From Candidatus Falkowbacteria bacterium (GTDB lineage Bacteria; Patescibacteriota; Patescibacteriia; JAACEG01), in the NCBI GenBank assembly GCA_018651725.1, contig JABIDK010000005.1:64064-128063 (forward strand): DNA of 64,000 nt, read 5' to 3'. Each line of letters begins with the position of its first letter. Position 1 is the stretch's first letter. A model generated the notes under the pieces. It saw nothing but the letters and a program-made list of their open reading frames with translations, was not told the DNA's origin and made no database searches. A program made the position numbers and the translations under genes. Shown here in pieces: positions 36,465 to 45,730 of the stretch.

Positions 36465-39400
36465 ATGCGTAAACTCTATTTAATCTTAATTGCCTTACTT
36501 TTTTTGCCTTTTATTGCATCTGCCGATACTCCGGTAGTTAATAATTTTGAATTACTGGATAATACCAGCGGTGCAAGCGTCTCTAGTCCAATCCGAGGCA
36601 ATGTTGTCAGATTACACGTTACAGCAACCGATCCGGATGGCATTAAATATGTTCGAGCAATTGTTCTAGATCCCGGAGGAACTCAAAAATCCCTGATCAT
36701 TTTACACAACGACGGCGATAGCGCTCACGGGGATTTTAGTGCTAGCGATGATATATATTCCTCTCTCTGGCTGACCTCCTATTCTCTGTCCTCAGGAGTT
36801 AACTATACTATAGTTATTAAAATAATGGATAACTTAGGTAATATCTACAGCTCTAGCGATGGATCTTTTGATATCACAGAAAGCTGCGATTTTGGCTCAA
36901 CCTGCAATAATATTAATGAATTAAGATGTAATAACGGCATAATCGAAAGATGCACAGCTCAAGCTACCTGCAATTATTGGGCGCTTGATGAAAATTGTCC
37001 GGGAGTAAATGTTTGTTGCGGAAGCGGGGTTAGCTCTACCTGCTGCGGTCTGGGACAGATTTGCTCCAGTAACGATAACTGTCTTACCTGCGGTATTACC
37101 TGCGATAACGTCTGTCTTGATTCCAAGTGCGTTAACGATCCGGACTGTCAGCCCGGAGGCTGTTGCGGAGATAACACCTGCGATATTGATATTAACGAGT
37201 GCTCAAACTGTAGTAATGACTGTAATCTAACCGATTGTTGTGGAAATCAAGTTTGCAATAGCGCAGTTGGAGAGGACTTTAATACTTGCCCCGGAGACTG
37301 TCCATGTATCGACAGCGATGGAGACGGACAAATCTCAACTGTTTGCGGAGGCGATGATTGTGACGATAGTAATGACGATAGATTTTTAGGAAATCAAGAG
37401 GTCTGCGATGGAGTAGATAACGATTGTAATGCTTCAACAACCGATGAAGATCTTTGCGATAGCGACCACGACAACTATTGCAACTGTGATGAACCTTTTA
37501 AAATAGGCTCTAATTTAAACGCTATTTGCAACACAAACACAACTAACGGTTTTCATTGGAGTCAAACTTGCGATTGTGATGATAATAATTCAAACATCAA
37601 CCCCGGAGTAACGGAAAACTGCACCAGCCCGGAAGACGATGACTGCGATGGACAGGTAAACGATCTTGATATAGACTGCGGCGGAACAGGCACCCCAGCC
37701 AGCCCAATCTTAACTGTTTCTCCTTCACCGGCCGTTGATGGTGATTTTGTAACCTACACAATGTCTGCCACTGGCTTAATTACTCATTATGAATTTTATT
37801 CTTGCGAAGGAGCAAGTTGCGTTCCAATAGATAGCACTACTTTAGAGACAAGCAGTAACTCTTATTCGCAAAGCGGAACAATAGCAGGCCCAGCAGTTTG
37901 GAACTTCCAACTTCAAGCCTGCAACGATAACGGATGCTCAAACGCAACCAATGTTCAAACATTCATAATTAATCCTCAAACCGTTCCAAACAATGTTTCT
38001 CTGACCGTTACGCCCGATACTGTTAACATTAATGAAAGCGTTACTTACTCCTGGTCCGCCGATGGAAACATCGATAACTACGGACTGCAGTTTAAATACA
38101 ACGACCAACCCTGGTCCAGTTTTATTAACTATGGATTAACCACCTCTATAACCGAAGTTTCCGATATGGCCGGAGATTTTCAAATAAGAGCCAGAGCCTG
38201 TAATGGTCATGGTTGTGGCTATAGTACCGTCAGAACTTTAACGGTAAATGCCGAAGGCGAAGAATTACCCTCTAATGTAAACTTTAATATCTCCCCAAAT
38301 ACCGTAGTTACCGGAGACAACGTTACTTATTCTTGGTCGGCCATTGATGCAGAGAGCTTTGAATATGTCTCCAGATTTAACTCCGGCACTTGGGGAACTT
38401 GGTCTACTCTAAGTAACATTGGCGATCCCGGATCTTTAACAAATCCAGCCGGAACTCCCGGAATTTACGAATACATATTAAGAGCCTGTAATAGCTTTGG
38501 TTGCAGTGAAGATAACATTCAAACCTTAACAGTAAACAACGCCAGTGTAGTTGCTCCAACTAATCCAGCTATCACAATTAACCCAGCTATAACAGAGGTA
38601 ATGGAGAACATCTCCTTTACCTTAGGGGCTAACGGAACAGTTGATTATTATGAATTTTATTCTTGTGAGGGAGCAGGCTGCACACCAGTAGATATGGTTA
38701 ACTTTAATGTTGCTCAAAACCCATATTCATTTAATGCCACTCAAGTAAACCCCGGGACATTTCGCTATATGGTTAATGCCTGCAACATAATCGGATGCTC
38801 AGGCAATAGTAATATTGAAGATTTAGTTATTTACCCAAGCGGAACCTGCGATACCGATAACGACACTTATCTTGAAGATATCTGTGGTGGTAACGATTGT
38901 GATGATGACGACGATGAAATGTTTCCAGGCAATCCAGAGATCTGTGATGGGAAGGATAACGATTGCAACGATCAAACTAACGATGGCTGTAACTGTGTTA
39001 ACGGAACAACTCAACCCTGCGGAACAGATGTTGGATTATGCGAAGCAGGAGAACAAACTTGTATCGTAGGAGAATGGGGAACATGTCTTAACCAAGTAGG
39101 ACCAACCGCAGAAATCTGTGACAACGAAGACAACAACTGTAACACCCAAACCGACGAAGGCTTAACTGTAATTTGTAATAACAATAGTAACTGTAACGAC
39201 AGCAATGACTGCACAGTAGATACCTGTAATAACCCGGGAAGTTGTTTCTCAAGTTGCTCTAATGACCAAGTTACAAGTTGCCAAGATAGCGATGGTTGTT
39301 GTCCAAATGGTTGTAACTTTAGTAACGATAACGACTGTGCTCCAGGTTGTACCCCGGACGGCTGTAACAACAACTGCCCAGTAAACTGTAGCGGTGCAGA

Positions 39401-41780
39401 CGACCCGGATTGTTCAGGAACTTGTCTTGATTGCTCTTGTTCAACCGATACTGATTGTGGAAGTACCTGCGCACAAGGCGATGGATGTTGCGTAAGCTGT
39501 AGTAGCCCAATAGATTTGGACTGTGATATGCAGGATCCAAACGTCAACACCTTCAACGCCGTTGAAAACAACGATAACGCCGATATCTCCTGGACAGTAA
39601 CCGATCAAGGTGGCTCTCAACTAGACTACATTGCAATCTGGCGCGCTCCATACAATGCCTCTAACTGTCACGAAACAAACAAGAGTGGTTGTGTGTGGAG
39701 TCAAATTCAAACGATAAATATCTCCGGAGACAGCCAGACCGGTTCCCATACCGATAGCCCTGGCAACGGATCTTGGTGGTACGGTATGCATGTTTACGAC
39801 AATGCTGGTAACTGGAGCCAGGAACCAACTCCACCGGGAGTATTAAATGTAGAGATAGCTCCAGCGTGCACACCTAGCCTTGACTGTAGCGACTATCCAG
39901 GAAACTGTAATGTTAATCTTTTTGATGGCTGTGATAATATTCTAAATTGTTCTAATAACTGTTCGGGTGGAGAGAGTTGTTGCTCTGGCAGCTGTCAAGC
40001 TCCTACCTGCTCTAACAATAGCGACTGCGACGATAGCAATAACTGTACAACAGATACTTGCAATAACCCGGGAGGTTGTTCAGCTAGTTGTTCTAATAGT
40101 CCGTCTTCTAAAGCGAATGGTGAGGCTTGTAGTGTTGATTGTGAGTGTGCGAGTGGAGTGTGTACTAATAATATTTGTGTTAATGGAGTTAATAAAACTA
40201 TCGTTTACAGAGCCCTATCTTCTCATAATGGTAACTTCGGAGGTAGATCCGGTCTTGACTCTTATTGCGCTAACAACAAACCGGCTAATTTACCTGGGAA
40301 TGTCTCAAATATTCACGCTTTTATTTCTGTTTCTGATACCGACGAGCTTAGAGATATGCCTAATAATTACGGCTATGATTCTAACGTTAGTCTTTATTGG
40401 TTTAAAAGTAGTAACACGACTTTTAATAAATTTGCAGATAATTGGGCGGATATGTTAGATGGTAGCATTCAATTAAGTAGAAGTGACGGAGGAGATAGTG
40501 GTAGCGCTTGGTCGGGAAGTAAGCCCGACGGATCAGTAGAACAATATAACGGTGTAACAGTAAATTGTGATCAGTGGATTTCTGATGCTTATGATGGCAA
40601 TTGTAATCAGGATAAAGATCATTCGTCTGTGTTTGGATCTAATTATACAACTAGCTATGTAGCTGATGGAAGTTATTGGCAAGGATGGATTTATGGATCT
40701 GTTTATATTAGTTATCCTTCAGGATGTATGAGATGCTCTAATTCTGCTTATTTGTTGTGTGCAGGAGAGATGAATGCGTCGTGTACACCTAGCCTTAATT
40801 GTAGCGACTATCCTGGAAACTGCGGTATTAATCTTTTTGATGGCTGTGATAATATTCTAAATTGTTCTAATAACTGTTCGGGCGGAGAAGTTTGTTGCTC
40901 CGACAGCTGTCAAGCTCCTGCCTGCTCTAACAATAGCGAATGCAACGACAGTGATAACTGTACAACAGATACCTGCAATAACCCGGGAAGTTGTTCAGCA
41001 AGTTGTTCTAATACTCAAGCAAGTTGCCAAGATGGTGATGGTTGTTGTCCAAGTGGTTGTGATTCTGGCAACGATAATGATTGCCTTTTTATTCCTGATA
41101 CCTTTACTTGGCGAGACTATAATGGCAGTGATTGGATGAGTCCAATGAGATATCAAGCTATGTGTGGATCTTGTTGGGCGTTTGCTACAATGGGGGTTGC
41201 CGAAGGAAAATACAATATACAAGAAAACAACCCAGCCTTAGACGTTGACCTTTCTGAACAATATGTAACCTCTGATTGTTGTAGTGCCGGAACCTGTAAT
41301 GGTGGCGGCCATTCATTTAATTGCGATACAACAGATGAGTCTTGTTATCCTTATATACCGGGACAAGATCTTGATAGTCTTAGTAGTTGTAGTGGAAGAT
41401 GTGCTGATTGGAGTACCAGAGTATGGGATATGTCTGATTACTCAGTTGCTCCAAATGCCTATACTGCAATTTCAGATCCAGATGCCATAAAAACGTTACT
41501 TATGAACGAAGGACCGGTTTGGGCTGCAATGGGTGATGCTAGCTCTAGTAGTTTTGTTTATAGTCCTGCTGATCAAGCTTGGATATGTACAAACGATGAT
41601 TCACGCGCTCAAGATTTAAATCACGCAATTGTTTTAGTTGGTTGGGATGATAATATTGGTTGCTGGTGGTTTAAAAATAGCTGGGGAATGGGTTGGGGAG
41701 ACGGAGGTTATGGTTGTATAAAATATGGAGAGTGTCTTTTAGAAGCTGATTATTATTTAAATAGTGTTATTTCACCTTAA
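36465..41780 (+). CDS. Giant secreted Cys-rich multi-domain protein (about 1771 aa) with MopE-like metal-binding repeats, four Ig/FN3-like repeats, triplicated Cys-rich modules and a C-terminal papain-like (C1) cysteine peptidase domain
   Basis: Signal peptide MRKLYLILIALLFLPFIASA (the track start at 36354 is an upstream in-frame extension). MopE-like CGGDDCDDSNDDRFLGNQEVCDGVDNDCN occurs twice. Four about 95-aa repeats end in C-N-x-x-G-C. C-terminal C1 peptidase motifs are QAMCGSCWAFAT (Cys), NHAIVLVGWDD (His) and WWFKNSWGMGWGDGGY (Asn). Confidence 0.8.
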   Translation: MRKLYLILIALLFLPFIASADTPVVNNFELLDNTSGASVSSPIRGNVVRLHVTATDPDGIKYVRAIVLDPGGTQKSLIILHNDGDSAHGDFSASDDIYSSLWLTSYSLSSGVNYTIVIKIMDNLGNIYSSSDGSFDITESCDFGSTCNNINELRCNNGIIERCTAQATCNYWALDENCPGVNVCCGSGVSSTCCGLGQICSSNDNCLTCGITCDNVCLDSKCVNDPDCQPGGCCGDNTCDIDINECSNCSNDCNLTDCCGNQVCNSAVGEDFNTCPGDCPCIDSDGDGQISTVCGGDDCDDSNDDRFLGNQEVCDGVDNDCNASTTDEDLCDSDHDNYCNCDEPFKIGSNLNAICNTNTTNGFHWSQTCDCDDNNSNINPGVTENCTSPEDDDCDGQVNDLDIDCGGTGTPASPILTVSPSPAVDGDFVTYTMSATGLITHYEFYSCEGASCVPIDSTTLETSSNSYSQSGTIAGPAVWNFQLQACNDNGCSNATNVQTFIINPQTVPNNVSLTVTPDTVNINESVTYSWSADGNIDNYGLQFKYNDQPWSSFINYGLTTSITEVSDMAGDFQIRARACNGHGCGYSTVRTLTVNAEGEELPSNVNFNISPNTVVTGDNVTYSWSAIDAESFEYVSRFNSGTWGTWSTLSNIGDPGSLTNPAGTPGIYEYILRACNSFGCSEDNIQTLTVNNASVVAPTNPAITINPAITEVMENISFTLGANGTVDYYEFYSCEGAGCTPVDMVNFNVAQNPYSFNATQVNPGTFRYMVNACNIIGCSGNSNIEDLVIYPSGTCDTDNDTYLEDICGGNDCDDDDDEMFPGNPEICDGKDNDCNDQTNDGCNCVNGTTQPCGTDVGLCEAGEQTCIVGEWGTCLNQVGPTAEICDNEDNNCNTQTDEGLTVICNNNSNCNDSNDCTVDTCNNPGSCFSSCSNDQVTSCQDSDGCCPNGCNFSNDNDCAPGCTPDGCNNNCPVNCSGADDPDCSGTCLDCSCSTDTDCGSTCAQGDGCCVSCSSPIDLDCDMQDPNVNTFNAVENNDNADISWTVTDQGGSQLDYIAIWRAPYNASNCHETNKSGCVWSQIQTINISGDSQTGSHTDSPGNGSWWYGMHVYDNAGNWSQEPTPPGVLNVEIAPACTPSLDCSDYPGNCNVNLFDGCDNILNCSNNCSGGESCCSGSCQAPTCSNNSDCDDSNNCTTDTCNNPGGCSASCSNSPSSKANGEACSVDCECASGVCTNNICVNGVNKTIVYRALSSHNGNFGGRSGLDSYCANNKPANLPGNVSNIHAFISVSDTDELRDMPNNYGYDSNVSLYWFKSSNTTFNKFADNWADMLDGSIQLSRSDGGDSGSAWSGSKPDGSVEQYNGVTVNCDQWISDAYDGNCNQDKDHSSVFGSNYTTSYVADGSYWQGWIYGSVYISYPSGCMRCSNSAYLLCAGEMNASCTPSLNCSDYPGNCGINLFDGCDNILNCSNNCSGGEVCCSDSCQAPACSNNSECNDSDNCTTDTCNNPGSCSASCSNTQASCQDGDGCCPSGCDSGNDNDCLFIPDTFTWRDYNGSDWMSPMRYQAMCGSCWAFATMGVAEGKYNIQENNPALDVDLSEQYVTSDCCSAGTCNGGGHSFNCDTTDESCYPYIPGQDLDSLSSCSGRCADWSTRVWDMSDYSVAPNAYTAISDPDAIKTLLMNEGPVWAAMGDASSSSFVYSPADQAWICTNDDSRAQDLNHAIVLVGWDDNIGCWWFKNSWGMGWGDGGYGCIKYGECLLEADYYLNSVISP
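39843..40098 (+). repeat. Intragenic direct repeat unit 1 (about 90 percent identical to 40781-41010), encoding the Cys-rich module CTPSLDCSDYPGNCNVNLFDGCDNILNCSNNCSGGE.CCS.SCQAP.CSNNS.C.DS.NCTTDTCNNPG.CSASCSN
   Basis: DNA-level repeat inside the giant gene. A third, more diverged copy lies at about 39170-39340. Confidence 0.8.
40781..41010 (+). repeat. Intragenic direct repeat unit 2
   Basis: Matches 39843-40098 over about 230 bp with few substitutions. Confidence 0.8.
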
Positions 41781-41801
41781 TTTTTTAACTATAAAGTATT
41801 T

Positions 41802-42404
41802 ATGAAAAAAGCCATTTTATTTTTTATTTTTATGTTATCACCATTGAGTATTTTTGCTCAAGAATCCATGGTGCATATAATCCCGCCACCAAATCCATCG
41901 GCAGCTTATTGTGAAGAATTGGGTTATAAAATTACTATTAAAAAAACTCCGGAAGGAGAGCTTGGTATTTGTAATTTTTCAGATACAGAGCAAGCTCCAG
42001 CTTGGAGTTTTTTACGAGGCGAAGAGGCTCAAGAGCATAGTTATTGTGCTAAAGTTGGCTATGAAATGAAATTAATAGATGATCCTGCAAAATGTGGAGC
42101 TACTTATAAACCTGGTCATGGATGTTTAGCTTGCATACTTGAGGACGGTAGCGAAGTAGAGGCTGGAAATCTTTTAAAGATAGAAAAAGCCAGAAGATTA
42201 ACTAATCCTTGTAACAATGACGGAAAATGTCTTACCCCTGAAACTCCTCAAAACTGTCCTCAAGATTGCACAGTCGCTAAACAAGAAATCCCTAAAGATA
42301 ATGCCAAAAATATAGTCCTCGCTATCATGGCTATTAGTGGTATAATTGTTATAATATTAACCTCATATTATTTTTTAAGAAAAAAGGAAAATAACGATAT
42401 TTAG
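41802..42404 (+). CDS. Secreted protein with two tandem DUF333-like (putative haemolysin/YoaF-like) Cys domains and a C-terminal TM anchor
   Basis: Signal peptide. NPSAAYCEELGY...GICNF...WSFLRGE and AQEHSYCAKVGY...GHGCLACILEDGSEVEAG resemble the DUF333 pattern NPAS.YC...GG...G.C...dG.e.W. Confidence 0.5.
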   Translation: MKKAILFFIFMLSPLSIFAQESMVHIIPPPNPSAAYCEELGYKITIKKTPEGELGICNFSDTEQAPAWSFLRGEEAQEHSYCAKVGYEMKLIDDPAKCGATYKPGHGCLACILEDGSEVEAGNLLKIEKARRLTNPCNNDGKCLTPETPQNCPQDCTVAKQEIPKDNAKNIVLAIMAISGIIVIILTSYYFLRKKENNDI

Positions 42405-42506
42405 AAATTGATTTTTGCTTTTTTCTTTTTTGTGTTATAATAGAAAAACACATAACTGGTATTCGAATGTGTCGTATTTGTAGTGCGATTAATGAAAATA
42501 TAACAT

Positions 42507-43772
42507 ATGAAACACGATAGACTTATTGCCGGGCTTGATGTTGGGTCAAGTAAAACTCGTCTAGCAGTGGCTAGGATTGAGGAAAAAGAGAACGGCCAAA
42601 GAAAAATAAATATTATTGGTTTGTCTGAGGTTCCTACTGAAGGGTTTACTAAGGGCAATGTTTCTAATTTGGAAGATTTGGTTTCCACTATTTCTTTAGT
42701 TGTGGAAAAATCAGAAATAGTTATCGGTCTTCCTATTGAAGAAATTTGTCTGGGTATCTCCGGAGATCATATTACTTCAAGTATAAGTAAAGGAGTAGTT
42801 GCAATTTCTAAAGCTAACAATGAAATAGAGGAGGAAGACGTTGAGCGGGCAATAGAAAGCGTTAAGTCTATGGCTATACCGCCGAACTATGAAAATCTTC
42901 ATATTATTCCAACTTCTTTTAATATTGATTCACAAACCAACATTAAAGATCCAATCGGAATGACCGGCATAAAGCTTGAAGCCGAAGTCCAGGTCATTAG
43001 TGGGTTAAATACTAGAATTAATAACTTTACTAAATCCGTTGACAGAACAAGTTTGGAAATAGATTCACTGGTCTTTTCTGTTTTAGCAACAGCTGAGGCG
43101 ATTCTCGATAAAAAGCAAAAAGAGCTCGGTGTTTTGGTTCTGGACATTGGGCACACTTTGACTAAGGGGGCTATTTTTGAAGAAGGTGAAGTTATCCATG
43201 CTTTTAATATTCCAATTGGGTCGTCGCATATTACGGCTGATCTTGCCATTGGGCTTAGATCATCCATTGAGGTTGCGGAAAAAGTAAAGAGAAAACAAGG
43301 GACGCTTGATTTAAGTTCTCTTAGAAGAACCGAGCAAGTTGACTTAAATAAATACGAAGACAATAAAGATAACTCTTTAAGAAAAAATTCTTTCAGCAAA
43401 AGATATATTAATGAAATAATAGAAGCCAGGGTCGATGAAATTTTTTCTTTTGTAGCAACAGAGCTTAAGAAGGCAAAAAGATTTGGAAAATTGCCTGCTG
43501 GAGTTGTTTTAACCGGAGGAGGGGCAAAGTTGCCTTATTTAACAGATTATGTTAAAAATAAATTATCTCTACCATCATCACTTGGAAACTTAAAAGGACT
43601 TTCAAGCAGCATCGATAACGTAGATGACTCAAGTTACTCTACTGTTTGCGGGCTTGTTTTGTGGAATGCTTTGGATCAAGAAAAACGCAAAAAAAGAACA
43701 TTTAACATTAATTTGAATTTTTTAAAAAACTTTGATAAACTAAAAAAGTTACTTAAAAAATTAACACCATAA
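42507..43772 (+). CDS. ftsA: Cell division protein FtsA
   Basis: Actin-fold motifs [24 protein letters not shown] and [13 protein letters not shown]. Confidence 0.85.
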   Translation: MKHDRLIAGLDVGSSKTRLAVARIEEKENGQRKINIIGLSEVPTEGFTKGNVSNLEDLVSTISLVVEKSEIVIGLPIEEICLGISGDHITSSISKGVVAISKANNEIEEEDVERAIESVKSMAIPPNYENLHIIPTSFNIDSQTNIKDPIGMTGIKLEAEVQVISGLNTRINNFTKSVDRTSLEIDSLVFSVLATAEAILDKKQKELGVLVLDIGHTLTKGAIFEEGEVIHAFNIPIGSSHITADLAIGLRSSIEVAEKVKRKQGTLDLSSLRRTEQVDLNKYEDNKDNSLRKNSFSKRYINEIIEARVDEIFSFVATELKKAKRFGKLPAGVVLTGGGAKLPYLTDYVKNKLSLPSSLGNLKGLSSSIDNVDDSSYSTVCGLVLWNALDQEKRKKRTFNINLNFLKNFDKLKKLLKKLTP

Positions 43773-43776
43773 AAGT

Positions 43777-45000
43777 ATGAGTCAAATAAAACCTGATATT
43801 GAAACATTTGCAAAAATTAAAGTTATTGGAGTTGGCGGTAGCGGCAACAGTGTTGTTAATCGGATGATTAGCGCTAAAATTAGAGGCGTTGATTTTTTAG
43901 CGATAAACACCGACGTCCAGGCTCTTCATGCTTCAAAAGCAAAAAATAAATTACATATTGGAAAAACACTTACTCGCGGGTTAGGAGCCGGAATGAACCC
44001 GGAGGTTGGTAAAAAAGCAGCCGAAGAAAACCAAAACGATATTCGAGATATGCTAAAAGGGGCTGATATGGTCTTCATTACTTGCGGATTAGGCGGAGGC
44101 ACAGGATCCGGGGCCGCACCGATTGTGGCTGAAATTTCCAAAGACTTAGGAGCTCTTACAATCGCAGTTGTTACCAAACCTTTTTCTTTTGAAGGAGTAA
44201 AAAGATCTGAGATTGCCGAAGAAGCTTTGCAGGAATTATCCGATAAAGTTGACTCTATTATTGTAGTTCCTAACGATAAGTTATTAGAAATTATCGATAA
44301 GGAGACATCTTTACTTGATGCTTTTAATGTTTCAGATAATGTTTTAAAGCAAGGAGTTCAAGGGATCTCTGAACTTATTACTGTCCCGGGACTTATTAAT
44401 GTTGATTTTGCTGATGTAAAAGCAATTATGTCGGAAGCCGGATCATCGTTGATGGGAATAGGAGAGAGTAAAGGAGAAGACAGGGCGAAAAAGGCCGCTA
44501 AGGCCGCTATTGAAAACTCTTTACTTGATATGTCGATCGACGGAGCCGAAGGAGTCTTGTTCTCTGTTACTGGTTCGCCGGATTTAACAATGCACGAAGT
44601 TAATGAAGCCGCTAAAGTTATCACCGAGCTGGTTGACTCTGAGGCTAAAATTATTTTTGGCGCAATTATAGACGAAGATCTTAAAGATACCGTTAGAATC
44701 ACAGTTGTAGCCACTGGGTTTAATGATTCTTTTAATAGAGGTTTTGACAGAGACAGATTTCAAAAATCAAAAGAAACTCTCGAAGTCCAGAAAGAAAACA
44801 TAGATTTACCAGCTAATAAAGAAAATAAAAAAGAAGATGTTGACGAAGATAAGGAAGAAGATTTTTTATCTAAAGAAAAAAAAACCAGTCTTTTCACAGA
44901 AGATAAACCAGTAGAAGAAGAGCTAGAAGAGGAAAAAACAGAAGAAAAAAACGAACTGGATATCCCGGCGTTCTTAAGAAGAAAAATGAAAAAGAAATAA
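43777..45000 (+). CDS. ftsZ: Cell division protein FtsZ
   Basis: [14 protein letters not shown] and the tubulin signature [15 protein letters not shown]. Acidic Lys/Glu-rich C-terminal tail. Confidence 0.95.
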   Translation: MSQIKPDIETFAKIKVIGVGGSGNSVVNRMISAKIRGVDFLAINTDVQALHASKAKNKLHIGKTLTRGLGAGMNPEVGKKAAEENQNDIRDMLKGADMVFITCGLGGGTGSGAAPIVAEISKDLGALTIAVVTKPFSFEGVKRSEIAEEALQELSDKVDSIIVVPNDKLLEIIDKETSLLDAFNVSDNVLKQGVQGISELITVPGLINVDFADVKAIMSEAGSSLMGIGESKGEDRAKKAAKAAIENSLLDMSIDGAEGVLFSVTGSPDLTMHEVNEAAKVITELVDSEAKIIFGAIIDEDLKDTVRITVVATGFNDSFNRGFDRDRFQKSKETLEVQKENIDLPANKENKKEDVDEDKEEDFLSKEKKTSLFTEDKPVEEELEEEKTEEKNELDIPAFLRRKMKKK

Positions 45001-45087
45001 TCTTTGAATCTTTTAATTTCATTAGACTTATCCACAATAGCCAGATGGCTTTTTTATTTTTAGCTTATTTAAGCCAAATTTTAGATC

Positions 45088-45116
45088 TTGACAAGCACAA
45101 TATATAGTATTATAAT
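45088..45116 (+). promoter_or_regulatory. Consensus sigma70 promoter TTGACA-N17-TATAAT upstream of nrdR
   Basis: TTGACA at 45088-45093 and TATAAT at 45111-45116. Confidence 0.6.
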
Positions 45117-45127
45117 TTATTTAGACA

Positions 45128-45143
45128 CACTAGATATAGTGTA
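45128..45143 (+). promoter_or_regulatory. NrdR box ACACTAGATATAGTGT. A weaker partner, GCACAATATATAGTAT at 45095-45110, overlaps the promoter spacer.
   Basis: One mismatch to the NrdR-box consensus acaCwAtATaTwGtgt. The box starts are 33 bp apart. Confidence 0.55.
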
Positions 45144-45218
45144 GTTAGATAAAAGCCCTTTCTTAATAAGAAGATGAATTACAATTTTATTTTCTCCAAA
45201 GAAAGGTTTTTTAAACCC

Positions 45219-45698
45219 ATGAAATGTTTAAACTGTCATCATAACGAGACAAAAGTAATAGATTCGCGTCTTTGTTCGGATGGTTTTGCAATTCGTAGGC
45301 GTCGAGAGTGCCTTAAGTGCGCTTTTCGTTTTTCTACTTTAGAGGAAGTGGAAATATTAGATCTAACGATTCTTAAACAAAACGGAAAACGAGAATCTTA
45401 CGATAGAAGTAAAATAGAGTCAGGTCTTAAGAAATCATTGGAAAAAAGACCTATCACCGTTGAAAAATTTAAAAAACTGATTAATCAAATAGAAATTGAT
45501 CTTCAAAAGTTAAAAACTAGGGAAATTGAAAGTAGCAAAGTTGGCGATGTAATAATGAAACGCCTTAAAAGAACAGATAAAGTTGCTTACATTCGTTTCG
45601 CCTCGGTTTATAAGTCATTTGAAGACGCAGAAACTTTTCGAAAAGAAATAAATGATATCTTAAAAAGAAAAGTTAAAAAAATAAAAAAGAAAAAATAA
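45219..45698 (+). CDS. nrdR: Transcriptional repressor NrdR
   Basis: MKCLNCHHNETKVIDSR...AIRRRRECLKC zinc ribbon followed by an ATP-cone. The track start at 45174 adds 15 aa that NrdR proteins do not have. Confidence 0.85.
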   Translation: MKCLNCHHNETKVIDSRLCSDGFAIRRRRECLKCAFRFSTLEEVEILDLTILKQNGKRESYDRSKIESGLKKSLEKRPITVEKFKKLINQIEIDLQKLKTREIESSKVGDVIMKRLKRTDKVAYIRFASVYKSFEDAETFRKEINDILKRKVKKIKKKK

Positions 45699-45730
45699 AT
45701 CAATATTTAACTACTCATTAATTTAAATTT

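Noticed and set aside
42401-42506. ftsA promoter assignment (TGtTATAAT extended -10 at 42433-42441)
   Set aside because: The best -35-like hexamer (TTGATT at 42407) would give a 23-nt spacer. Only the extended -10 is convincing, so no promoter feature was recorded.
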